A stretch of 32,000 nucleotides of DNA, taken from assembly GCF_001644705.1 (NCBI RefSeq), contig NZ_CP015137.1, positions 4,590,001 to 4,622,000 on the forward strand, given 5' to 3'. How positions within the stretch are numbered: the stretch's first letter is position 1; each line of letters begins with the position of its first letter. The notes under the pieces are model-generated. The model made no database searches. It saw only the letters and a list, made by a program, of their open reading frames with translations, and was not told where the DNA came from. The position numbers and the translations under genes were made by a program. Source of the stretch: Dickeya solani IPO 2222. Lineage in GTDB: Bacteria > Pseudomonadota > Gammaproteobacteria > Enterobacterales > Enterobacteriaceae. Positions 24,822 to 32,000 of this stretch are shown in pieces.

Positions 24822-25391
24822 TTATTTGGTCGCTGCCAGGCTCTTGCCAATCGCCAGAACCACACTGGCCTGACGCTGCTGCGCCGGCTCAAACATTTTG
24901 TTGTCCACCAGCGTCACCGGCTGGACTTCGACGATACGACCTTTTACCACCGCAGAGCACAGCGAATGCACCACCTGGTCATTCAGAATGGTCAGCAGGC
25001 AACGGAATTTGGGCGCGCCGTCAGCGACCAGTTCCTTTTTTTCCGGCCGAATACGTTGGCGCAGCATCTCTTTCTCGGAGCTGGCGACCACGACATCCAG
25101 CGCGCTGTCGCCAGCCACCGTCTGCCCGTTGACCAACGGTGGCATATAAACGGTTACCAGCGCCTTACGCTTGGTTGCGGTATCCACATATTCCGCCTGC
25201 ACCGAATGCTCTTTCGCATCCACTTCCACCTTCTGCCGTTTCAAACTATCGACAACAGCCGGCAATGCATCGCCCAGTTGTTGCGAGGTATAACCGGCGA
25301 TCAGATCCGGATTGCTGTTGTCGGCAAAGCCATAGAGCGGCATAGCCAGCAACAGACCGCACAGTCCTTTCGTTATCACGCCCTTACTCAT
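24822..25391 (-). CDS. Hypothetical exported protein (Sec signal peptide, ~166-aa mature form)
   Basis: I take the start as MSKGVITKGLCGLLLAMPLYGFA|DN at 25391, preceded by AAGGAGAG 7 nt upstream. I recognise no family. It has its own terminator. Confidence 0.7.
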   Translation of the reverse strand: MSKGVITKGLCGLLLAMPLYGFADNSNPDLIAGYTSQQLGDALPAVVDSLKRQKVEVDAKEHSVQAEYVDTATKRKALVTVYMPPLVNGQTVAGDSALDVVVASSEKEMLRQRIRPEKKELVADGAPKFRCLLTILNDQVVHSLCSAVVKGRIVEVQPVTLVDNKMFEPAQQRQASVVLAIGKSLAATK

Positions 25392-25633
25392 TTTTTTCTC
25401 TCCTTTAATGCGCCTGATTTTTTGATACAAACCATCCCCTGATAACACTATATATCGAATTGTTTTTTTATCAGTGTGATAGCGTCAATTTTTACCGCAA
25501 TTCGGTTGTTCCCAAACGGTCCTGGCGATTCAGCGCGACGATCGGTAGCCCGCTGTGCGGCTTTTCCAGACGATCATCCCTGCTTACCGTGTTCAGCCCA
25601 GGCAGGCGCATCAGCAACGAAGCCGAAACGCAG

Positions 25634-25655
25634 AGCGGGCTATACCCGCTTTTTG
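25634..25655 (+). terminator. Terminator-like hairpin with no annotated plus-strand gene upstream
   Basis: AGCGGG-ctata-CCCGCT followed by TTTTG. A weaker hairpin with a U-tract lies upstream at 25547-25565 (AGCC(C)GC-tgt-GCGGCT-TTT). Confidence 0.4.
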
Positions 25656-25688
25656 CCACATTGTCCGATAGCAGGCAGCGATTCAATA

Positions 25689-25703
25689 AGTGACATTGTC
25701 ACT
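25689..25703. promoter_or_regulatory. Perfect 15-bp palindrome upstream of sodC
   Basis: AGTGACA-T-TGTCACT, 144 bp upstream of the sodC ATG. Confidence 0.3.
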
Positions 25704-25846
25704 AAAAGGACTGGCGCGCTGCACCACGGGAACTATAGTTTTGTTGGGTGACCCGACACCACTCCGCGCTCTGCATAGCCGTCGGTTGCGCGGTGCAGTG
25801 AACCAAGACGCTGAAAACCCATGACAACGGAAAAGAAGGGAACATC

Positions 25847-26371
25847 ATGAAACTGAAAGCATTGATTCTGTCCAGCCTGTTCGTCAGCGCGATAGCCGGC
25901 GCAGCCAGCACCACGGTAACGCTAAAAGAGGCGCTGCCGACCGGAGACGGCGATACGCTTGGCGATATCACCATCACCGAAACAGAATACGGTCTGCTGT
26001 TCAGCCCCAGCCTGAAAGGATTGCCGCCGGGCATTCACGGCTTCCACGTGCATGCCAACGCCAGCTGCGCGCCGGGCGAGCAGAACGGCAACAAGGTGCC
26101 GGCATTAGCGGCCGGCGGCCATCTGGATCCACTAAAAACCGGCCGACATCTTGGCCCTTACAACGACAAAGGGCACCTCGGCGACCTGCCGGGGCTGGTG
26201 GTCAATGCCGATGGCACCGCCAGTTACGAGGTGCTGGCGCCACGGCTAAAATCGCTATCGGAGGTGAAAAACCACGCGCTGATGATCCATACCGGCGGCG
26301 ATAACTACGCGGATACGCCGAAAGAGCTGGGCGGCGGCGGCATGCGTATCGCCTGCGGCGTTATTCAATAA
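25847..26371 (+). CDS. sodC: Periplasmic Cu,Zn superoxide dismutase
   Basis: 174 aa with signal peptide MKLKALILSSLFVSAIAGAAS. Contains GIHGFHVHANASC, AAGGHLDP, GHLGDLPGL and MIHTGGDNYAD..LGGGGMRIACGVI, the copper and zinc ligand motifs. Confidence 0.95.
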   Translation: MKLKALILSSLFVSAIAGAASTTVTLKEALPTGDGDTLGDITITETEYGLLFSPSLKGLPPGIHGFHVHANASCAPGEQNGNKVPALAAGGHLDPLKTGRHLGPYNDKGHLGDLPGLVVNADGTASYEVLAPRLKSLSEVKNHALMIHTGGDNYADTPKELGGGGMRIACGVIQ

Positions 26372-26607
26372 CATGTTGTCAACCGACGCGGCCCAACCGG
26401 CGGCGTCGGCCATCTCTGCACGTTTTTCAGTCCCCCCTTTGTTTGCGCGGTATTCCTGATAAAACACCGAAAACATTAGATTTTATTAATTATAATCTGT
26501 CGTTATTAATCATTTCTATCACCACTTATTACCTTATTGATACCAAGGTTATTACCGATGTGATCCTGTACACGGAAATGAATTTCTTGCTTATACCGTT
26601 GATAGCA

Positions 26608-26623
26608 GGTGATCGAGATCACC
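26608..26623. promoter_or_regulatory. 16-bp palindrome upstream of the FIST chemoreceptor gene
   Basis: GGTGATC-GA-GATCACC, with perfect 7-bp arms, 77 bp upstream of the ATG at 26700 in an AT-rich region. Confidence 0.3.
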
Positions 26624-26699
26624 CTATGCCCTGAAAGCATCTCGTAGGATGAACTGTGCTTCCCATTAAATTAATTTAAATATAGGGAGTGGGAATATC

Positions 26700-28643
26700 A
26701 TGTCATCTTTCCTGAGCCATATCGCAATCCCGGGTTTAAAAAGGAACCGCCCTGCACGTGGGGCCTATCGCTGCGATGCTTTACCCTCCTCGCTGTCAGC
26801 TCTCGGGTTACCATCAAAACCGGGGTTGCTGCTGGTATTTGTGCCACCTGAAGCCAATTTTTCAGAGGTCAACCGCGCCTGGCAACGTTTCTCTGCCCCC
26901 CATCGCACCGTTATCACCCTTTCCTCCACCGGCGCATTATGCAGCCAGCGCAATAATTCCACTTACTGCGACATGAACGGCCCGTATGGCAGTTGGCTGT
27001 GGATGCCCCAGTCACTGATCGCTAAACATGAAGTGCATCTGGTGGATCTGCACATGCATGACAAACCCAGCGCCCGCGCCAGGATCGATGCCATCAGACA
27101 AGAACTGGAACGCCTGGATGTCAGTTTGCCGCTCTCTTCGGATAACACGTTCGCGCTGATTTATTGCGATGGCCTGGCTGCGTCGGAAGGGTTTCTGATG
27201 CAAGCCTGGTATGCCTGCCGCCGTTTCCCCTGTCTGACCATTGGCGGCGCGGCAGGCGGGCGGCTCGATTTCAGCGGAACCTACATCGGTGCGGACAATA
27301 CGGTGCTGCAAGGAAAAGCCGTGATTGTGTTCTGTCAGATGGCGCCCGGTAAGTCTTTTGCGCCGTTCAAGAGCCAGAACTTTGATCCGACAAAACAAAG
27401 CTGGCTGGTGGCGGAAGCCGACCCCGTCGCCCGCACGGTTAAGTCCGTCTTTGACGCCAACGGCCATGAGCAACCCATCATTGAGGCGATCGCCTCATGT
27501 TTGCGCTGCCCGCCGAACCAAATCAGCCAGCATCTGACAGGAAAAACCTTTGCGGTTAAAGTCAACGATGAATACTTCGTCCGATCCGTCGCATCGATTA
27601 AAGAAGACCGCATTGCCTTTTTCTGCGATCTGGAGTTTGGCGACCGTCTGTATCTTATGCAGTCAACGGATTTTATCGCCACAACCGAGCGGGACTGGCA
27701 ACAGTTCATATCGCAATATGGCAAACCGGATCTTGTTCTACTCAACGACTGTGTACTACGCCGTGCGGGCAACCCCAATTTGGAACAGGCCCAATTCTTT
27801 GATCAGGTCCCTGCGGCGGGTTTTTCCAGTTTTGGTGAAATTCTGGGTGTGCCGATCAACCAGACGCTATCTGCGCTGGCATTTTTCAGTCGTGACGTTA
27901 AGGCGATGACGCACTTCCCGGTCGAATACGCCGCGTATGCTGGCCACTACGCTCAGCGTTCCCTGCGGCGTTGGGAAGCCTTGCATGACATTCAGTCCGC
28001 GGTGGTCAAACAAGTGGTCGATTACGAGCAGGCGCTGGCGCCATTGCTAACGGCCATGCCGCAGCTTGAGCAGGCAACGTTACGACAAAGCGATACGCTG
28101 GATGTGGCCCAGACCAGTATTCGCGCGATTAGCGAATCCGCCGCAAAGACGCAGGAAGCGCAGATCCGTCTTGAAACCGGCCTCAACGATCTGGAGCGTA
28201 TTTCAAAAGGCATCAGTCATATCACCAGCGGCATTAACGCCATTGCGGATAAAACCAATCTGCTGGCGCTGAATGCGGCGGTGGAGGCCGCGCGCGCCGG
28301 CGAGGCGGGCCGGGGATTCGCCGTGGTCGCCGACGAGGTACGCAAACTGGCCAGCTCATCCAAAGAGCAGGTGGATGCCACCACTCACAGCATCAACGAA
28401 GCCGTTGAAACCATCGCGCATATTCGCACCATTGCACAGCAGACGGTAACGACGACAACGCAGATGGCGGATAAAAGCATCTCGGCGGCGAATCAAATCG
28501 CCGATATGAGCGCGGAAACCGAGAAAGACCGGTCCAATATGACCGCTAACCTGGGTAATTTGAAGGATCTTGCCAAAGGTATGGATGCTATGCAGGATGC
28601 CGTCAACCAGTTGACCACCCTGCAAAAACTCGCCTCCTCCTAA
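26700..28643 (+). CDS. Soluble chemoreceptor: FIST N and C sensory domains fused to an MCP signalling domain, with no transmembrane segment or HAMP
   Basis: 647 aa with no hydrophobic segment long enough to span a membrane. The N-terminal ~400 aa show FIST-like features (LLLVFV.., [25 protein letters not shown]). The C-terminus has the MCP hairpin [31 protein letters not shown]. Confidence 0.85.
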   Translation: MSSFLSHIAIPGLKRNRPARGAYRCDALPSSLSALGLPSKPGLLLVFVPPEANFSEVNRAWQRFSAPHRTVITLSSTGALCSQRNNSTYCDMNGPYGSWLWMPQSLIAKHEVHLVDLHMHDKPSARARIDAIRQELERLDVSLPLSSDNTFALIYCDGLAASEGFLMQAWYACRRFPCLTIGGAAGGRLDFSGTYIGADNTVLQGKAVIVFCQMAPGKSFAPFKSQNFDPTKQSWLVAEADPVARTVKSVFDANGHEQPIIEAIASCLRCPPNQISQHLTGKTFAVKVNDEYFVRSVASIKEDRIAFFCDLEFGDRLYLMQSTDFIATTERDWQQFISQYGKPDLVLLNDCVLRRAGNPNLEQAQFFDQVPAAGFSSFGEILGVPINQTLSALAFFSRDVKAMTHFPVEYAAYAGHYAQRSLRRWEALHDIQSAVVKQVVDYEQALAPLLTAMPQLEQATLRQSDTLDVAQTSIRAISESAAKTQEAQIRLETGLNDLERISKGISHITSGINAIADKTNLLALNAAVEAARAGEAGRGFAVVADEVRKLASSSKEQVDATTHSINEAVETIAHIRTIAQQTVTTTTQMADKSISAANQIADMSAETEKDRSNMTANLGNLKDLAKGMDAMQDAVNQLTTLQKLASS

Positions 28644-28816
28644 ATCGGCCTTCAACCGGCGCCGGCCCTTTCCCCACCCGCCGTCTCCGACGCTTTCCTG
28701 AGAAAACCATGCAGTTTTTATGTGACAGACGACGCTATTAAAGCGACAATGCTGACCACGTTTAAATCAGGTTACAGCGTCATCGTAATTGACCGACGTT
28801 TCACAGCACGATACCC

Positions 28817-29356
28817 ATGCAGACATTTTTATTTGACACGCTACCAACGCCCATCGGGGAATTATTATTGATTGCCGATGAAAATTATCACCTTAGGGCA
28901 GTGGAATGGCGTGAATATGAAGAAAAATTATATCAATCTCTGAATAAGCGTTATCGTCACGATCCATTCGTGTTAAAAGCTTGTGGTAATCCTGGTGGAT
29001 TAACCGATACTCTGCGCGCCTATTTCGCCGGCGACCTGCATATCATTGAATCGTTGCCAGTGGCCGCCGCCGGTACGGATTTTCAGCGCCAGGTATGGCA
29101 GGCGCTTCGCACTATATCCTGCGGTAGTACAACTACTTACGGCGAACTGGCCGCCAGACTCGGGCAACCGGGCGCCGCCCGCGCCGTTGGTCTGGCCAAT
29201 GGCGCCAACCCGATCAGTATCGTGGTCCCCTGCCATCGTGTTATCGGTGCGCAAGGCGCGCTCACCGGTTATGCCGGCGGCATTCATCGTAAACAATGGT
29301 TATTAACTCACGAAGGGTATTTGCCACAGCAGAATTTATTCAATACCGACCATTAA
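28817..29356 (+). CDS. ogt: Methylated-DNA-protein-cysteine S-methyltransferase
   Basis: 179 aa with LRAVEW.EY, FQRQVWQALRTI.CG, and the active site IVVPCHRVIG. It is colinear with E. coli Ogt and lies upstream of fnr, as in E. coli. Confidence 0.92.
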   Translation: MQTFLFDTLPTPIGELLLIADENYHLRAVEWREYEEKLYQSLNKRYRHDPFVLKACGNPGGLTDTLRAYFAGDLHIIESLPVAAAGTDFQRQVWQALRTISCGSTTTYGELAARLGQPGAARAVGLANGANPISIVVPCHRVIGAQGALTGYAGGIHRKQWLLTHEGYLPQQNLFNTDH

Positions 29357-29485
29357 CTTACCGTAGATGACGTAGCCGCAGGGTAAAAAATCCGAATGTG
29401 ATGGTAAAAATATTAATAAGCTCACTATTTATTGGTCAGTTCCAGAGATAGCAGATCTTATCAGACCCAATAAAAGCTGTTAAAA

Positions 29486-29499
29486 TTGACCGATATCAA
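29486..29499. promoter_or_regulatory. FNR box in the fnr promoter (probable autoregulation site)
   Basis: TTGAC-cgat-ATCAA against the consensus TTGAT-N4-ATCAA (9 of 10), 21-34 bp upstream of the fnr ATG. Confidence 0.6.
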
Positions 29500-29519
29500 T
29501 TATCGCCTGAGTAAAGTCT

Positions 29520-30272
29520 ATGATTCCTGAAAAGCGAATAATCCGACGCATTCAGTCTGGCGGCTGCGCAATCCATTGTCAGGATTGCAGCATCAGCCAG
29601 CTCTGTATTCCTTTCACGCTGAACGAGCATGAACTTGACCAGCTCGACAACATCATCGAAAGGAAGAAACCCATCCAGAAAGGGCAAGCGTTGTTCAAGG
29701 CCGGTGATGAACTGAAATCACTGTATGCCATCCGCTCAGGCACCATCAAAAGTTACACCATCACCGAACAGGGTGATGAGCAGATCACCGGCTTCCATCT
29801 GGCGGGCGATCTGGTCGGGTTTGATGCCATCGGCAACGCCCAGCATCCCAGCTTTGCTCAGGCGCTGGAAACCTCCATGGTGTGCGAGATTCCGTTTGAA
29901 ACGCTGGATGACCTGTCCGGAAAAATGCCCAATCTGCGTCAACAGATGATGCGGCTGATGAGCGGCGAAATCCGTGGCGATCAGGACATGATCCTGCTGT
30001 TGTCAAAGAAAAATGCCGAAGAGCGGCTGGCGGCGTTCATCTACAACCTGTCCCGCCGTTTCGCCCAGCGTGGCTTCTCGCCCCGCGAATTCCGCCTGAC
30101 CATGACCCGTGGCGACATCGGCAACTATCTTGGCCTGACGGTGGAAACCATCAGTCGCCTGCTTGGCCGTTTCCAGAAAAGCGGCATGCTGGCGGTGAAA
30201 GGCAAATACATCACGATCGAAAATATCGAAACGCTGGCCGAACTGGCTGGCACCTCGCGTAGCAAAGCGTAG
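29520..30272 (+). CDS. fnr: Fumarate/nitrate reduction transcriptional regulator FNR
   Basis: 250 aa. [55 protein letters not shown] is essentially identical to E. coli FNR, including the Fe-S cluster cysteines and the [10 protein letters not shown] recognition helix. Confidence 0.97.
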   Translation: MIPEKRIIRRIQSGGCAIHCQDCSISQLCIPFTLNEHELDQLDNIIERKKPIQKGQALFKAGDELKSLYAIRSGTIKSYTITEQGDEQITGFHLAGDLVGFDAIGNAQHPSFAQALETSMVCEIPFETLDDLSGKMPNLRQQMMRLMSGEIRGDQDMILLLSKKNAEERLAAFIYNLSRRFAQRGFSPREFRLTMTRGDIGNYLGLTVETISRLLGRFQKSGMLAVKGKYITIENIETLAELAGTSRSKA

Positions 30273-30286
30273 CACCGCCTTCCCCT

Positions 30287-30324
30287 GACCGGATCAATGA
30301 TTGCTCTGAATTGTCGATCCGGTC
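30287..30324 (+). terminator. Hairpin after fnr (possible terminator)
   Basis: GACCGGATC-N20-GATCCGGTC, a perfect 9-bp stem with a long loop, followed by TTCATC. The U-tract is weak. Confidence 0.35.
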
Positions 30325-30405
30325 TTCATCACCAGTTGTTCAAAGCGATTTCCTTGCGTTACTCTTAACGGGCAGGCTGCAGAGTGACAGCCAACAGGAG
30401 GAGCT

Positions 30406-31371
30406 ATGGCGAAGTATCAGAACTTACTGGTAGCTATTGACCCCAATCAGGATGACCAGCCCGCGTTGCGACGGGCCGTTTATCTGGTCCAGCGACTTGG
30501 TGGCCGTATCAAGGCGTTTTTGCCTATCTACGACTTTTCCTACGAAATGACCACCCTGCTATCTCCGGATGAAAGAACCGAGATGAGACAAGGGGTTATC
30601 GCCCAACGAACCGAATGGATTGCGGAACAGTGTAAATACTATCTTGATGCGGGAATCGCTATTGATATCAAGGTGGTCTGGCATAACAAACCTTATGAAG
30701 CCATTATTCAGGAGGTCATTGCCGGTAAACACGACTTATTGCTCAAAATGGCTCATCAGCACGACAGGCTGGAGGCGGTGATTTTCACCCCGACCGACTG
30801 GCAGTTGTTGCGTAAATGCCCCTGCCCGGTCTGGATGGTGAAAGATCAGCCGTGGCCGGAAGACAGCCGTGCGCTGGTGGCGGTCAATCTGGCCAGCGAA
30901 GACCCGTATCACGACCCGCTCAATATCAAACTGGTATCGGAAGCGCTGGATCTGGCTCGTCAGGTTAATCAGACCGAGGTCCATCTGGTGGGCGCCTATC
31001 CGGTCACGCCCATCAATATCGCCATCGAATTGCCGGATTTCGACCCCGGTGTTTACAACGGCGCCATTCGTGGTCAGCACCTGCTGGCGATGAAATCACT
31101 GCGACAGAAATTCAACCTGGACGAACGCGTTACTCATGTGGAGAAAGGATTGCCGGAAGAAGTCATTCCCGATCTGGCAGAACATTTGCAGGCTGGCGTG
31201 GTAGTGCTGGGATCGCTGGGGCGGACCGGTTTGTCCGCTGCGTTTATCGGCAACACAGTGGAACATGTCATTGACCACCTTAAGTGCGATCTGCTGGCTA
31301 TCAAGCCGGACGATTTCGCCTCTCCTGTGACCCAGCAGGAAGAAGCCGACAATCCGGATGAAAACGCCTGA
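30406..31371 (+). CDS. uspE: Universal stress protein E (tandem Usp domains)
   Basis: 321 aa. [30 protein letters not shown]...[36 protein letters not shown] is colinear with E. coli UspE. AGGAGG Shine-Dalgarno upstream. It follows fnr, as in E. coli. Confidence 0.93.
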   Translation: MAKYQNLLVAIDPNQDDQPALRRAVYLVQRLGGRIKAFLPIYDFSYEMTTLLSPDERTEMRQGVIAQRTEWIAEQCKYYLDAGIAIDIKVVWHNKPYEAIIQEVIAGKHDLLLKMAHQHDRLEAVIFTPTDWQLLRKCPCPVWMVKDQPWPEDSRALVAVNLASEDPYHDPLNIKLVSEALDLARQVNQTEVHLVGAYPVTPINIAIELPDFDPGVYNGAIRGQHLLAMKSLRQKFNLDERVTHVEKGLPEEVIPDLAEHLQAGVVVLGSLGRTGLSAAFIGNTVEHVIDHLKCDLLAIKPDDFASPVTQQEEADNPDENA

Positions 31372-31404
31372 CGGCTGCCGCTCGTCGCGCATACCACCAC
31401 ATAA

Positions 31405-31430
31405 CAACGGGGGCCAGACGGCCCCCGTTG
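31405..31430. terminator. Hairpin terminator between convergent uspE and pntB
   Basis: CAACGGGGGCC-agac-GGCCCCCGTTG, a perfect 11-bp stem, followed by a TGTGTT tract. Confidence 0.65.
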
Positions 31431-31467
31431 TGTTCCTGCAGTCGACCGCCTTCTGGCGGGATCAGGC

Positions 31468-32000
<533 letters not shown>

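Noticed and set aside
25476-25751. ORFs of 64-91 codons on both strands in the spacer upstream of sodC.
   Set aside because: They have no Shine-Dalgarno, implausible composition, and overlap hairpin elements. I treat the region as non-coding (see the finding on the sodC upstream spacer, 25449-25846).

Overview
Chromosomal segment from a moderately GC-rich enterobacterium. Protein identities suggest Pectobacteriaceae (Dickeya or Brenneria type), but that is a guess I cannot verify without a search. I call 24 protein-coding genes, two of them truncated at the window edges. I found no rRNA, tRNA, CRISPR array, IS element, integrase or prophage gene. Gene order: qorB-like (partial, minus strand); srfA-srfB-srfC; a three-gene module of sorbitol-dehydrogenase-type small subunit, GMC flavoprotein and a ferritin-like/NTF2-like fusion; a minus-strand Ugp-like operon (ABC ATPase, two permeases, binding protein, UgpQ-like phosphodiesterase, inositol-monophosphatase-family enzyme) with a divergent ROK regulator; a LysR regulator divergent from phenolic acid decarboxylase padC; an orphan UlaA/SgaT-family PTS EIIC; a transmembrane chemoreceptor with an NWTTF tail; a small exported hypothetical protein; sodC; a soluble FIST-domain chemoreceptor; ogt-fnr-uspE; and the 3' end of pntB. 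The best candidate for an unexplained system is srfABC. It is annotated historically as a virulence factor, but its biochemistry is unknown. Reading the sequence directly suggests a bitopic membrane protein, a large protein with actin/Hsp70-type phosphate-binding motifs, and a large P-loop protein with GTPase-like G1/G3/G4 motifs. All three are translationally coupled. Secondary items are the cytochrome-less, Tat-less dehydrogenase module with a putative di-iron partner, the FIST chemoreceptor, a possible glycerophosphoinositol-type scavenging locus, and a recurrent pattern of short tandem repeats of two to three copies in intergenic spacers. All functional calls rest on my own recognition of motifs and remembered homologues; no database search was run.
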